Assembly (NCBI GenBank): GCA_964621445.1
Contig: CAZUNO010000005.1
Span: 89,338 to 153,337 of the forward strand
DNA length: 64,000 nt
Origin: Candidatus Hadarchaeota archaeon
GTDB taxonomy: Archaea; CAYQAE01; CAYVLA01
Reading direction: 5' to 3'
The translations under genes and the position numbers were made by a program. The notes beneath the pieces are model-generated. The model worked only from the letters and a program-made list of their open reading frames with translations, ran no database searches and was not told the DNA's origin. This document shows positions 1 to 10,711 of the stretch, piece by piece. Every line of letters starts with the position of its first letter. Position 1 is the stretch's first letter.

Positions 1-10
1 TTGGCGGAGA

Positions 11-38
11 ACCTTTCTCTGAGAAGGTCCTTTTTTTT
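11..38 (+). terminator. Hairpin followed by T8 tract; probable terminator of a + strand transcript from left of the window
   Basis: acct-ttctc-t-gagaa-ggt imperfect stem, then tttttttt. Confidence 0.4.
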
Positions 39-108
39 CAACCGACACACTCCGTGAACTAGCCCAAACCAGGGCCTCTACCGAATTCAACTACCAGATG
101 GTTCAAAT

Positions 109-420
109 CTAACCAAACAGAGCGCCAAGTCCAGCAAGATCTTCCTCTTCCTCCCCTTCCTCCTCGGCCTCTTCTTCCTCTTCGGCCTCTTCCTCCGGCT
201 CTTCAGCCGGTCCGGCCTCAGCCGGTGCTGGGGTAGGAGCAACGGCAATCGACTTAGAGATTGCCTCCTCGATGTCAACCCCTTCCAGGGTCGCCACGAG
301 GGCCTTCACTCTTGCTTCTTCGACTTCCACATCTGCTGATTTCAGTACGGCAGATACAGCTTCCTCGGTAATGTCCTTTCCTGCCGAGTTCAGAAGTAGT
401 GCCGCGTAGATGTATTGCAT
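109..420 (-). CDS. rpl12: 50S ribosomal stalk protein L12 (aP1)
   Basis: [11 protein letters not shown]-terminus, acidic hinge, GLGALFG C-terminus. Confidence 0.97.
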   Translation of the reverse strand: MQYIYAALLLNSAGKDITEEAVSAVLKSADVEVEEARVKALVATLEGVDIEEAISKSIAVAPTPAPAEAGPAEEPEEEAEEEEEAEEEGEEEEDLAGLGALFG

Positions 421-443
421 TTACCTAACACCTCCATTTAGAC

Positions 444-1463
444 TCACGCGAAAAGAGCACCCAAACCGGCGCCCTCCTCCTCTTCTTCTTCCGGAGCTTC
501 ATCCTCTGCCTCTGCCTCTGCTTCTTCTTCCTCTTCCTGTTCGCTTTCCTGTTGCTCCTCCTCCTGGGGAGGAGGGGTGGAGGACAGAAACTCCCTTAGA
601 TCCTCGCCAACCGCCTCAGGGTTGGAGTTCAAGACAACGCTAGCAAGGGCCAGCATCTCCTGATGACCCATGGACAGTATCTCCCCGGCCGTTTGTTGAG
701 TAAGCACCCGGGCATTAACCGAAAGCGACCTGGCCTTTGTGTAGCAATCCTGAATCATGGGTACTATGGTCAGATCGGTGTAGTATCCCGCGTTAAATGA
801 CAGGTTGAAGGCTTGTTGGGCTGCCAAAGACAACTGACCCTTCATCTCCTCCCTGTCCACGTCCAGAACGGACCTGCCAAAAAGCATGCCTTCTTCATAT
901 ATTACTTTGACATCGAGTCCTATCCTAATGGGATTTATCTCCAGGCGAGACAGTATGTCCGCCTTGGCCTTACTTATGGCCTCACCGGCCTCCACAAATA
1001 GGGTATCTTCAAGTATCACTACCTTTCCTCTCTCTATCCGGGCCGGTATTCCAACCTTCTGAAGCTCGCTGACTATTGGCCCGGGAGGGAATGAGGTCTT
1101 ACCCGATTCGACCCACACGTCCTCGGTGGGCACGTGACCGGGCTTTGCCGGCGCGTTTACCTTGTTTTCCTCTAAATATCTGAAAAGTTTGAAGGGGTTC
1201 ATCCCCGTGAATATAAGCGCAACCTGTCCTTCCAACCTGGGCTCCAGCTGGTCGACCTCCTCACTTTCGCATTTCTCAAATGCCCTGGTTATTAAGGTCT
1301 TTTTGGCAACCTTGATCTCCGCCTGACCTCTCATGTCACGGCGGATGGCCTGGAATTCCTTGGCAGGTATCTCGTGAATTGAGGCCACCCCGATTACCGG
1401 GTACTCATCGGCCAGATTTGCGAGTCTCTCCACCTCAGCTTTCTTCCAGTCCAGGCTCTTCAT
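444..1463 (-). CDS. rplP0: 50S ribosomal protein L10/P0
   Basis: WKKAEV N-terminus, GKTSFPPGP motif, acidic tail ending GLGALFA; operon context. Confidence 0.97.
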   Translation of the reverse strand: MKSLDWKKAEVERLANLADEYPVIGVASIHEIPAKEFQAIRRDMRGQAEIKVAKKTLITRAFEKCESEEVDQLEPRLEGQVALIFTGMNPFKLFRYLEENKVNAPAKPGHVPTEDVWVESGKTSFPPGPIVSELQKVGIPARIERGKVVILEDTLFVEAGEAISKAKADILSRLEINPIRIGLDVKVIYEEGMLFGRSVLDVDREEMKGQLSLAAQQAFNLSFNAGYYTDLTIVPMIQDCYTKARSLSVNARVLTQQTAGEILSMGHQEMLALASVVLNSNPEAVGEDLREFLSSTPPPQEEEQQESEQEEEEEAEAEAEDEAPEEEEEEGAGLGALFA

Positions 1464-2110
1464 CTTGCCACCTCGACCGGTTTACCCATGGTGGTCTTAA
1501 CCTTGACTGACCTGACGTTCTCGTGACCGCGGGGGAGGTTTCGCTCAACGGCTTCAACGACTGCATTTAGGTTCTGGACCAGGTCCTCGTTGCTCATTTC
1601 CTCTGTCCCTATACAGGAATTGATAATTGGCTGGCTTCTCTGGGTGCGGATGGATATGGTATTTGAAAGCCTGCCCACCACATCATCCAGATCCGCATTG
1701 GGAGCCACCGGCGTGGGCATCTTTCCACGTGGACCCAGAACGCTACCCAGGCTGCGTCCCACCTGGGGCATCATGTTTGTCTGAGCAACGAAGGAATCGT
1801 ACTCATCGGCCAGCTTCTTAACCTCCTTCCTGTCGTCGGAAAGGGATTCCAGATCATCCTTGGTTAATACCTTTAGACCTGCTTCCTTGGCCTGTAGAAC
1901 CAGGTCACCCTCACCTATGATACAGATCTTGGCCTCCCTGCCCATGCCGTTGGGCAGGAATACATCGGCCGATATCCTGTTCTGCTGATCCTTTACGTCG
2001 AATTCCCTCAGATTGATTATGGCATCCACCGACTGCTGGAAATTCCTATCCCCGCTTTTCTCCTTCGCTTCCTCTATTGATTGTTTTGCAGATTCGATGT
2101 CAATTGGCAT
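1460..2110 (-). CDS. rpl1: 50S ribosomal protein L1
   Basis: RNFQQSVD, LGPRGKMP and VKTTMG motifs. Confidence 0.97.
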   Translation of the reverse strand: MPIDIESAKQSIEEAKEKSGDRNFQQSVDAIINLREFDVKDQQNRISADVFLPNGMGREAKICIIGEGDLVLQAKEAGLKVLTKDDLESLSDDRKEVKKLADEYDSFVAQTNMMPQVGRSLGSVLGPRGKMPTPVAPNADLDDVVGRLSNTISIRTQRSQPIINSCIGTEEMSNEDLVQNLNAVVEAVERNLPRGHENVRSVKVKTTMGKPVEVAR

Positions 2111-2122
2111 GAAAAAACCTCC

Positions 2123-2602
2123 CTATGATAGAAGATCGCTATATTCTCCCTCATCAATCGCTTTCTGTATTTCCTTCGGGTGCTCTCCCTCCACGGTGAC
2201 GCCCATGCTCACGCAGGTTCCTAGGACTTCTTTCACCTTGTCGGCCTTTTCGTAGGACAGCATTGATTCCCCTTTGCCATCGGCTATCTTGACGATCTCC
2301 TCCAGGGAAATGTCCCCTACCGTCTCGCTCCCAGGGTTTTCCGCACCCTTCTCTATCGATGCCCGTTTCTTAATAAGAGCGCTAACGGGCGGAGAGCCGA
2401 TCTCTATCTCGAATTCCTTTGTCTCCGAGTCGGCAATGACCTTTACAGGTACATCCATGCCCGAATAATCCGCCGTTTTCTTATTTATCTCGCCGACTAC
2501 TTCCATTAGATTGAGTCCTAGAGGACCTAGCGCTGGCCCTAGCGGCGGCCCAGGGGTGGCTTTCCCTCCACTTACAAGTATCTCCACGGTTTGTTTCGCC
2601 AT
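2123..2602 (-). CDS. rpl11: 50S ribosomal protein L11
   Basis: GGKATPGPPLGPALGPLG and GTCVSMG motifs. Confidence 0.97.
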   Translation of the reverse strand: MAKQTVEILVSGGKATPGPPLGPALGPLGLNLMEVVGEINKKTADYSGMDVPVKVIADSETKEFEIEIGSPPVSALIKKRASIEKGAENPGSETVGDISLEEIVKIADGKGESMLSYEKADKVKEVLGTCVSMGVTVEGEHPKEIQKAIDEGEYSDLLS

Positions 2603-2617
2603 TTTTGAAACACCAGC

Positions 2618-3091
2618 CTAATCTTCCTCCGATTCCTCCTTTTCCACTATCCTGAGTGAAGTACCTGGAACCGTCACTGGTATGGGCACCGATGCCTCCA
2701 GAAGCTCCAGGGTAGCCTCCTCCTTACTCTCATCAATTCGGATTATCTTGGCTTTTTCTCCCTTGAAGGGCCCCGAAATAAGCTCCACCTTGTCCCCAAC
2801 ATCGATATCCAGAACAATTGAACGGGGCACAAGCAAATGCTCGATCTCGCTCATATCCACAACCCCGTCAAGAACCCCGCGGATGTGGGGAACACCTCTG
2901 CAAAGGTCTTCCACATTCTTGAGGCTGGGAGATTCTACCATGATGTAACCCTTGAGGGAATCGGAGACCATAACGGAATACACCCCGCTTTCCTCGTCGG
3001 CCTTAGCCTCCAGAATCCTCAGGGAGGTCTTTTCTTGACCCACGGTGGTTCTAATTGCAAACAGTTTCATATCTGCCAAAGAGTCAGCCAC
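2618..3091 (-). CDS. spt5: Transcription elongation factor Spt5/NusG
   Basis: FAIRTTVGQE NGN domain, KOW motif GDKVELISGPFKGEKA; start may be the ATG at 3070. Confidence 0.95.
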   Translation of the reverse strand: MADSLADMKLFAIRTTVGQEKTSLRILEAKADEESGVYSVMVSDSLKGYIMVESPSLKNVEDLCRGVPHIRGVLDGVVDMSEIEHLLVPRSIVLDIDVGDKVELISGPFKGEKAKIIRIDESKEEATLELLEASVPIPVTVPGTSLRIVEKEESEED

Positions 3092-3105
3092 CCTAAGTTC
3101 CTAGA

Positions 3106-3270
3106 TCATCTCCAGGACTGTAGTGCCAGCCAGATCAGGAAACCTACCAGTCCTATCAGAAATATTCCTAATCCCGTGATCTTTGCAGTCTGCTTGTACT
3201 CGTCACCAGACGGTTTTGTGGCAACGACAAAGACCCTTTTGCACTGTGATAGGAATTTTCTTATTTCCAT
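3106..3270 (-). CDS. secE: Protein translocase subunit SecE/Sec61-gamma (54 aa, below the ORF-track cutoff)
   Basis: Manual translation MEIRKFLSQCKRVFVVATKPSGDEYKQTAKITGLGIFLIGLVGFLIWLALQSWR; canonical position between ftsZ and spt5. Confidence 0.93.
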   Translation of the reverse strand: MEIRKFLSQCKRVFVVATKPSGDEYKQTAKITGLGIFLIGLVGFLIWLALQSWR

Positions 3271-3380
3271 CAATAGGACCTTAATTCCTCGACAGGTCGG
3301 GAACCTGCATAATAAATATTATCGTTTCCATAGAGGAATGTACAACCGGCCTTATGCGCCCTAAAGGGCTGCATTAGGTT

Positions 3381-4544
3381 CTATACGGAGGATATCCCCA
3401 GATCTTCAAGTCTCAGCTTGCCTATATCTTCCTCTTCCTCTTCTTCGCCCAGTTCAAGTTCCGGGCTCTCCTCGGCCGCCTTCCCCACTATATAGGGTGA
3501 ACTTACGCCGGAAATGATCACCAATACCCTCATGGTGCTCTTCAGTTCCTCATCGATCTGAGCTCCCCATATAATCTGGGCATCGGAACTCAGCTTGGCC
3601 GAAACCATCTCCACGACCTTTTCAACTTCCTGAAGTTCGACGTCGGCACCGGCCACTATATTGATCAGGGCACCGGTTGCCCCGCCTATATCTACATCTA
3701 GAAGCGGACTGTTCAGGGCGTCCTCTGCAGCTTCAACCGACCTATTATCGGTATCACTCTCACCGAGGCCTATCATGGCCACTCCGCCATTCCTCATGAC
3801 GGTTCTAACATCGGCGAAGTCCAGGTTAACAAGCCCTGGTTTATTTATCAGCTCGGTTATACCCATAACCGCTCCCATAAGGGTCTCGTCCGATACCTTG
3901 AAGGCCGCATTTATGGGTAGCCCGGGGGCAAGCTCCAGAAGCTTATCATTCGGAATAACTATGACCGTGTCAGAGGCTTCCTTCAATTTCTCGAGTCCAA
4001 GCCTGGCGTTTTGCATCCTTACCTGGCCCTCGACGGTGAAAGGCAAGGTGACAACCGATATGGTAAGCGCCCCTCCTTTCTTGGCCAAATCTGCGCACAC
4101 GGAGGACCCTCCAGTTCCGGTTCCTCCGCCCAGACCACAGGTAACGAAAACCAGGTCGACATCGGTAACCAGGTCCTTTATCTCGGCCTCGCTCTCTCGG
4201 GCAGCCTCCTCTCCAACCGTGGGATCATTACCCGCACCTAGGCCGCCGGTTACTCCACGGCCGAGAAGGACTTTCTTGTGAGCCTGACTGTATAGCAAAT
4301 CCTGGGCATCGGTGTTTAGAGCCGAGACAGTGCATCCACTCACGCCAACTTCCATGAGGCGCTCCACGGTATTGCAGCCTGCTCCACCACAGCCAAGGAC
4401 AACGATTCTGGCCTTGGCTTCTCTGAGTATCTCCTCAAGTTCCTCGTCGATTACCCTCTCAACGCTGTCCGTATCGGCAGATGTTTCATCTTCCTTTATC
4501 TTGTCTAATACGTCCTCGACGCTGCTCAAATCTACGACCTCCAA
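3381..4544 (-). CDS. ftsZ: Cell division protein FtsZ (FtsZ1-type by context)
   Basis: GCGGAGCN, tubulin signature GLGGGTGTG, T7 loop NLDFAD. Confidence 0.97.
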   Translation of the reverse strand: MEVVDLSSVEDVLDKIKEDETSADTDSVERVIDEELEEILREAKARIVVLGCGGAGCNTVERLMEVGVSGCTVSALNTDAQDLLYSQAHKKVLLGRGVTGGLGAGNDPTVGEEAARESEAEIKDLVTDVDLVFVTCGLGGGTGTGGSSVCADLAKKGGALTISVVTLPFTVEGQVRMQNARLGLEKLKEASDTVIVIPNDKLLELAPGLPINAAFKVSDETLMGAVMGITELINKPGLVNLDFADVRTVMRNGGVAMIGLGESDTDNRSVEAAEDALNSPLLDVDIGGATGALINIVAGADVELQEVEKVVEMVSAKLSSDAQIIWGAQIDEELKSTMRVLVIISGVSSPYIVGKAAEESPELELGEEEEEEDIGKLRLEDLGISSV

Positions 4545-4703
4545 TAATCATAACCTAATACGCGGTCGACTTCAGGTCTGCCAGTTTTTCTAACTTTTTC
4601 ATTAATATATGTGACGGCACTTCAGGGGCGAAAATCTCAATAAAAAAGCACTTGGATATGTATGGAGAAGTTCAACGGCCCCAAATCACCGTACAATGCC
4701 TGA

Positions 4704-5507
4704 TTAGCCTCCCCTGAGACAATCCCGTAAGCGCCGATATTCCAGACCCCATTCATCAAGGGAACGGATCGCCCCTTCCCTCTGGGAACCGTTCATTCCC
4801 TTCCATTCCATAACCGCCATTTGTGGTCTCGGCCTACTCGCCTCCATTAGCTCCTCAAGAATCCGGTCGTTGAAATCCCCCATTGCATACTTGGCCACTA
4901 TATGAGAGACCGAGTACCTTGTCTCAAGCATGAGCTTTGTGAACCTTCGGGAGTAATGGGGCCCTCCCAGTCCAAGAACCACGATCCCTCCCTCCACCCT
5001 CTTGCCAATAGCCCCCATGATCGAACGGGCAATGACCTCACCCGCATCTTGATCACCCCACCGGTCCGGCCTGCTGCCTATTTCGATGAAGAAGCAGGGG
5101 ACCTGGGTGAAGGGACCGTGGTGCGTGGCCTCCATGGTAATCTCGTAGGGCAGATCTGAACCATATTCGGCTAGATATCGAAGTGCGGCCCCCATGTAGT
5201 GTGGGGCTGAGACCGATGGCTTTCCGGGCATTCCCCCCAGGTCGGCCGACCCGAAATTCCCTGGAGGATGAACCGTGAGACAGGGACGACCCGACTTACT
5301 CTCATGCCTCGAGGCGAATATCGCCATGTCCGGTCGGGGTTCCAGCTGGTCAGGAAATCTTTCAGCGTACACTATCTCCTGCCCGACCGTTTTCACCTGA
5401 ACCTCAAGGGGAAGCGATGCCTCATCAAGCATGGGCTCCAGATGTTTGATTATATTCATTCCCGCCTTATCCCTCTCGGAGGCCACCACCGCAATTCTTC
5501 TAGGCAT
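4704..5507 (-). CDS. dtdA: D-aminoacyl-tRNA deacylase (DTD2/DtdA family)
   Basis: SRHES, LTVHPPGN, EATHHGP, FIEIGS and GGPHY motifs. Confidence 0.92.
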   Translation of the reverse strand: MPRRIAVVASERDKAGMNIIKHLEPMLDEASLPLEVQVKTVGQEIVYAERFPDQLEPRPDMAIFASRHESKSGRPCLTVHPPGNFGSADLGGMPGKPSVSAPHYMGAALRYLAEYGSDLPYEITMEATHHGPFTQVPCFFIEIGSRPDRWGDQDAGEVIARSIMGAIGKRVEGGIVVLGLGGPHYSRRFTKLMLETRYSVSHIVAKYAMGDFNDRILEELMEASRPRPQMAVMEWKGMNGSQREGAIRSLDEWGLEYRRLRDCLRGG

Positions 5508-5617
5508 CCACTAAGCTTGATGAATGGCCAACTTAATAGTTTCGGGGAGAAAAAACCCCCGCGGGCGCAGCCTCTATTTTAATATACTTAAATTGAGTGG
5601 GGTAACCGCTGCAGGGC

Positions 5618-7207
5618 TTGATCCGGTTGAATATGAAAAAGAGGGCACAGATCGCCAAAGGTCTGATTCTTCTTCTCGTAGGAGGCATAATTGGCTTCTA
5701 CCCGGTCCTAAAGTACGGTCAACCGCGGAGCTCTGAATCTTGGTCCCACCTCGAGAACCTGAAAGCGATCCCGGATCCCTTGAGCGCCCTCAACTTTCCA
5801 AGGATGATCGAGCTCTTTGACTACAAACAACACTACGCAAAGTATCCCCTGTTCTACTTTCTTGCCAAGGCGGTTTCGGTGGATTCTCCGTGGGAGGCAG
5901 CGGTTTTTAGCGCCGTCGTTTTTTCTACCCTCCCCCTTCTTTCCTTCCTGGTCGCTAGAAATCAGCTCGATGACCTGGAATCAATGGTCGTGGGGCTCGT
6001 AATAGCCATAACCCCCGCCTTCGTGTACACCACCAACTTCTTTTCGGGTGGAGAGCCCCTTGCTCTGGCCCTTTTCCTGCTGGGGCTGTACCTTCATCTG
6101 GAACGGCGGTCGCTATTAGCCCTCCCGGTATTCGTCTCGGTGGTATTTCTTCATCCGGTCACCGCGGTTTTCCTTTGGTTGTTCCTGCTGGTTTTCCCGC
6201 TGCTGGATGGGGAACAGGTGGATACCGGGAAAAACCTGATGTTTACAGGGACCTATTCCGCTATATTCCTGGCCTGGGTCATGGCCCAGATCTCATGGGG
6301 GCTCCCCCTCGGTAGCTACGTCACATCCAGCATTTCCCCGAGCATTATGGTTCTCGCCTTCATCTCCATAACCCTGCTTGGAGTCCTACCCCTCCTGCTT
6401 ATGGGCCGGGGACAATCCCGAATTATACCGAAAATAAGGAAGGCTTCCGAGGTTCTGGGCGCGAATTTGCCCAGGATAATCGTCATCATGGAACTCGCTT
6501 TGCTCATAGTTTTCCTTTCTTTCGGCATCCCAGGAACGGAAAAGGAGCTCGAACCGGTTCATTTGGTCTTCTATTCCCCCCTCCTCCTGGCCATCGCTCT
6601 GCCTCTGGCCAACGGTAAACGCGTCCCCCCCTTCACACTGGCGCTAGCCGGGTGCTTCCTATTGCTTCTGGCCTCCGGATTGACGATAACTCCCAGGGGA
6701 GTTCCCGTGTACCGCCTTGCTCCCTACGGGGCTCTTACCCTGGCATTCCTCATCGCTCCTCTTGTCCGTGCGCGGCGCCTCAGGTGGTCGTTACCCATAT
6801 TACTTGCCGGGCTTGCGGCAACCACGTATCCGGGTCCGGAATTCTATTTCGGTTTTGATGAGCAGTACTACCCGGCAGAGATCGATGCAGTGAGCTCTCT
6901 GGAGGAGTTCTCCCTGAACGGAGAAATCCTCACTGATACCAGGATGGAGGACCTAGTGGGTTTCAAAACCGGTAAGCCGGTAACCGCCCATGGTGGGCAG
7001 CCGGTGATAATGGAGGTAAATGACCTGGCTCTCACCACCAGAAATATGATGGTTCATGGGCTTTACCCACCCGGTTCCCAATGGTATCGCCGACCTTTCA
7101 GGCTAGACCTCTCGAAACTTGAATCAGATTCCCTCAGGATCTATGACAATGGTTGGTCAAGAATCAATATTGCCGCCGGGAGCGAGATCCCGTTGAGGGT
7201 TGAATGA
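5618..7207 (+). CDS. Multi-pass membrane protein, GT-C-like (possible glycosyltransferase/polymerase)
   Basis: About 10-12 hydrophobic segments, YPLFYFL early loop, soluble C-terminal domain ending RIYDNG; overlaps the GT2 start. Confidence 0.5.
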   Translation: MIRLNMKKRAQIAKGLILLLVGGIIGFYPVLKYGQPRSSESWSHLENLKAIPDPLSALNFPRMIELFDYKQHYAKYPLFYFLAKAVSVDSPWEAAVFSAVVFSTLPLLSFLVARNQLDDLESMVVGLVIAITPAFVYTTNFFSGGEPLALALFLLGLYLHLERRSLLALPVFVSVVFLHPVTAVFLWLFLLVFPLLDGEQVDTGKNLMFTGTYSAIFLAWVMAQISWGLPLGSYVTSSISPSIMVLAFISITLLGVLPLLLMGRGQSRIIPKIRKASEVLGANLPRIIVIMELALLIVFLSFGIPGTEKELEPVHLVFYSPLLLAIALPLANGKRVPPFTLALAGCFLLLLASGLTITPRGVPVYRLAPYGALTLAFLIAPLVRARRLRWSLPILLAGLAATTYPGPEFYFGFDEQYYPAEIDAVSSLEEFSLNGEILTDTRMEDLVGFKTGKPVTAHGGQPVIMEVNDLALTTRNMMVHGLYPPGSQWYRRPFRLDLSKLESDSLRIYDNGWSRINIAAGSEIPLRVE

Positions 7208-8274
7208 TGATCGACCTGGTATTCCAGATCATAAGTTTGTCAGTAGTGATCTTCTATACTGCCATCCTCCTCCTTTCAAGGGAGGGCGGGGGGGAAAGGG
7301 AAGCTGTAAGGGAGGAGGTTAAGGTGTTGGTTCCAACCCACAATGAGGTGGATACCATAGAGGACTGTCTGAGGTCCCTGCTGTCCATGAAAACCAGGAT
7401 ACCGCATTCAATATATGTCCTCGATGATAACTCAACCGACGGGACCCTGGACATAGTATCCGGTTACACCCCCCGGGTATCACTCGTCCGCAGAGATGTT
7501 CGAAAATCCAAGGCAGATGCCCTGAATGAGGCCGTCAGTAACCTGGATGGAGAGCTATTTGCGGTGGTGGATGCCGATTGCACCGTGGCTGAGGACTGGC
7601 TCCCCAATATGGTTCTGGGGTTCGGGGATCCCTCCCTGGGGATCCGGACCGGACCGGTCCTGGTCGGGAATAGGTCCGACTCCCCACTGACCCGTATCCA
7701 GAGCTGCGAAATGGCATTCCTCTGCCACCAGCTCCTAAAGCCGGTGGAAAAGGTGGGGATGCTGTATTCAATTAACGGAAATAATTTCGCCTTTACTAGA
7801 ACCTGCTGGGAGAAGGTTGGGGGTTTCGACACCTCAAAACTGACCGAGGATACCGATTTCGCGGTCCGCACCCGTCTTGCCGGTATGGATATAGAGGTAG
7901 CCAACGCCAAGGTGTTCACAAATGCCCCTAGCCGTCTGGGGAACCTGCTCAGGCAGAGGAGACGATGGTACATAGGATGGTACCAGGACCTGTCCACCAT
8001 TAGCCTACTGGGAGGTGCCCTGTTCATACTGCTTTTCTACTACGCGTTCATATTCTTCCTGGTAGCCTCTTCGCCTCTCTCCCTAACCTGCTTCCTGGCT
8101 TATTACCTTCAGCTGGCATTCACCTATAGAAGGTCCTACCGGTCGACCAGCCTGGTCAATCCTCTCCTCTTTATCGTATCTGCCCCCATAATCACCACCA
8201 CAACCATACTTATGGCCCTTCCCAGCGTGATTAGGGGCAAAGGCCAGATAGATCTAAAGGATCACTGGCAATAG
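7204..8274 (+). CDS. Processive family 2 glycosyltransferase (cellulose-synthase-like)
   Basis: DDNSTD, DAD, TED and QRRRW motifs; N- and C-terminal TM helices. Confidence 0.88.
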   Translation: MMIDLVFQIISLSVVIFYTAILLLSREGGGEREAVREEVKVLVPTHNEVDTIEDCLRSLLSMKTRIPHSIYVLDDNSTDGTLDIVSGYTPRVSLVRRDVRKSKADALNEAVSNLDGELFAVVDADCTVAEDWLPNMVLGFGDPSLGIRTGPVLVGNRSDSPLTRIQSCEMAFLCHQLLKPVEKVGMLYSINGNNFAFTRTCWEKVGGFDTSKLTEDTDFAVRTRLAGMDIEVANAKVFTNAPSRLGNLLRQRRRWYIGWYQDLSTISLLGGALFILLFYYAFIFFLVASSPLSLTCFLAYYLQLAFTYRRSYRSTSLVNPLLFIVSAPIITTTTILMALPSVIRGKGQIDLKDHWQ

Positions 8275-8413
8275 ACCCCCTGCCTTATTGAAATCCCCTG
8301 TCAAATTAAAGGCTCATCGGCGTTACATATTTAATTCATTTCACAAGTAATAATATACAGTATAGAGGCCTTAATCCCCCCTCTATTTCCCCTCCGCGAA
8401 GAGGTCGATTACC

Positions 8414-8968
8414 ATGGAATACGTAAAGATCCCCCTAGATAGGGTAGCGGTTTTGATCGGTAAGGACGGTTCTATAAAGAGGGAACTAGAAAAATCCACC
8501 GGCACGGAGATTGACCTGGACAGTAAATCCGGGAAGGCGGTGGTGACCAAGGTGGAGGAGACGGAGGACCCCCTGGCATCCTGGGTCGCACGGGACATAA
8601 TAAAGGCCATAGGCCGCGGTTTCTCTCCGGAAAAGGCCTGGCGTCTCTTACGGGAGAACCAGATGCTCAGGGTGATCAACCTCAGGTCCAGGATTGGAAA
8701 ATCTCCCAAGGCCCTTCATAGACACAAGTCCAGACTTATAGGTAGGAATGGAAGGACCAGGGAGATAATGGAAAACACGACCCGGACCGACATCTGCGTG
8801 AAGGGAAAGACGGTGGCGGTGATAGGTGACGAGGTCCAGGTTTCCTACGCTCAGGAGGCGATATCAATGATCCTCAGGGGCGTGCCCCACAAATTCGTAT
8901 ACAGATTCCTGGAAAGGAAGAGCCGGGAGCTAAAGGACAGGGAAACCGAGATCTGGCGCGAAGCATAA
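8414..8968 (+). CDS. KH-domain rRNA processing protein (Dim2/Pno1/Krr1 family)
   Basis: Two GxxG KH motifs (LIGKDG, LIGRNG), AIGRGFSPE; usual neighbour of top6B. Confidence 0.92.
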   Translation: MEYVKIPLDRVAVLIGKDGSIKRELEKSTGTEIDLDSKSGKAVVTKVEETEDPLASWVARDIIKAIGRGFSPEKAWRLLRENQMLRVINLRSRIGKSPKALHRHKSRLIGRNGRTREIMENTTRTDICVKGKTVAVIGDEVQVSYAQEAISMILRGVPHKFVYRFLERKSRELKDRETEIWREA

Positions 8969-8983
8969 CCAGGTTGATAGTAA

Positions 8984-10711
8984 ATGGCATTAACGAAGGC
9001 AGAACAGGAGCAGTTGAGTGATCAATTCACCCATGCAGATGAGATATTCAAGGATTTTAAGTCCCTCAGCTTATCCGAATTCTTCCGAAAGAATCCGGCC
9101 ATGCTGGGACTGACCGGAAAGATCAAGTCGTTCTCCATGATAGTGCACGAGGGTGTGACAAATTCCCTCGACGCCGCTGAAGAGGCCGGGGTTCTACCGG
9201 ACATCTACGTCTACATCGACCAGATGGATGAGGATTATCACTATAAGCTGACCATAGAGGACAATGGCTCGGGGATACCGGAGGACTTCATAACCGACGT
9301 GTTCGGCAAGATGCTGGCCGGAACAAAGCACAAGTTTGTGCAAAGGAGGGGTCAGCAGGGCATAGGCATTTCCGGGGCAACCATGTTCGCCCAGATGACC
9401 AGCGGGAAGCCCATACATATCTACACCAGCACCGGCGATGAGATAATCAGCGGTGACCTCAAGATAGACGTGAAGAAAAACAAGGGCCAGCTTTTCGATA
9501 AGGAGAAATACGAGAATGACGAATTCAGGGGGACCAGGATAGAGTTCAACCTCAAGAACGTGCTCTTCAACAAGGGGAAACAGGCCCCCCTAGGGTACCT
9601 GAAGATGTCGGCGATTGCAAATCCCCATGCCAATATCACCTTCATTTCCCCCGACGGCGAGGTATATCGATGGCAGAGGAGCTCGGAAAAGCTACCAACA
9701 AAGCCCAAGGAGATAAGGCCCCATCCCTATGGAATAGGTGCTGACGATCTTCTGAACCTGGCCAAGGGGGCCGAAAACCGTACCATCTCGGGGATGCTTT
9801 CCGACTGCCTGTGCAGGGTTTCATCATCGAGGTTAAAGCGTATTCAGAAGGCACTGGCCTTTGCGGCACTATTGAAGAGATACGACAATTACGTAACCCA
9901 GAACCTCAGATCCAAGATAACTGAAGCCAAGAACCTCAAGGCCAGGATCAAGATAGTGGGAAAGATTCTCTCGCGAAACAGCCTAAAATGGAAAAAGGCG
10001 CTGAAAAGCGAGGAGAAAAAGGCCGGTAAACTGCTGGGAAAAAGGCCATCATCCCTGAGATTCGAGGAGGCCGAGGAAATCGTCAACGCCTTCCGCTATG
10101 TGAAGTTCATGTCACCTCCCACCTCTGGCCTCTCCCCCATAGGGAAGGAGAACATAATGAAGGGCATGAACCAGATTCTAAGGCCCGAATTCGTATATGC
10201 CACCACCCGGAAGCCAACCACCTACCGCGGGGGCATACCTTTCATAGTTGAGGTGGGAATGGCCTACGGCGGGTACTGTCCCCCCGGCATCGACGTCTAC
10301 CGTTTCGCTAACCGCGCGCCTCTGATGTTCGACGCCGGTGGATGCGTGATAACCGAGGCCGCCAAGAGCATTGACTGGAAACGCTACGGGGTAAAGGACG
10401 ATGAGAAGGCCCCGCTGGCCATCTTCGTCAACATCGTTTCCACCTTCGTTCCATACACCTCCACAGGAAAGCAGGCCGTGGCCAGAGAGGCAGAGGTGCT
10501 AGATGAGATTCGCATGGGCATAATGAGCGTGGCCCGGAACCTGAAGAGACACCTCACCCACAAGAGGAGGATCTTTGAACGGGCATCTCGCAGAAGCTCA
10601 CTGCTAAGGTACATTGACGAGACCTCAGAGGCCATAGCCAGGCTATCCGAAGAGGACCAATCGGAGATTAAGGAGAATCTGCAGAAACTGGTCGACGATA
10701 AATTCACCTAG
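8984..10711 (+). CDS. top6B: DNA topoisomerase VI subunit B
   Basis: GHKL motifs [26 protein letters not shown]; transducer RFANRAPL and VPYTSTGK. Confidence 0.96.
   Translation: MALTKAEQEQLSDQFTHADEIFKDFKSLSLSEFFRKNPAMLGLTGKIKSFSMIVHEGVTNSLDAAEEAGVLPDIYVYIDQMDEDYHYKLTIEDNGSGIPEDFITDVFGKMLAGTKHKFVQRRGQQGIGISGATMFAQMTSGKPIHIYTSTGDEIISGDLKIDVKKNKGQLFDKEKYENDEFRGTRIEFNLKNVLFNKGKQAPLGYLKMSAIANPHANITFISPDGEVYRWQRSSEKLPTKPKEIRPHPYGIGADDLLNLAKGAENRTISGMLSDCLCRVSSSRLKRIQKALAFAALLKRYDNYVTQNLRSKITEAKNLKARIKIVGKILSRNSLKWKKALKSEEKKAGKLLGKRPSSLRFEEAEEIVNAFRYVKFMSPPTSGLSPIGKENIMKGMNQILRPEFVYATTRKPTTYRGGIPFIVEVGMAYGGYCPPGIDVYRFANRAPLMFDAGGCVITEAAKSIDWKRYGVKDDEKAPLAIFVNIVSTFVPYTSTGKQAVAREAEVLDEIRMGIMSVARNLKRHLTHKRRIFERASRRSSLLRYIDETSEAIARLSEEDQSEIKENLQKLVDDKFT

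Noticed and set aside
140-570. (tcctct/tcttcc)n low-complexity tracts
   Set aside because: They simply encode the acidic hinges of L12 and P0.
109-5507. dtdA-ftsZ-secE-spt5-L11-L1-L10-L12 cluster
   Set aside because: Well-known conserved archaeal gene order; not novel.
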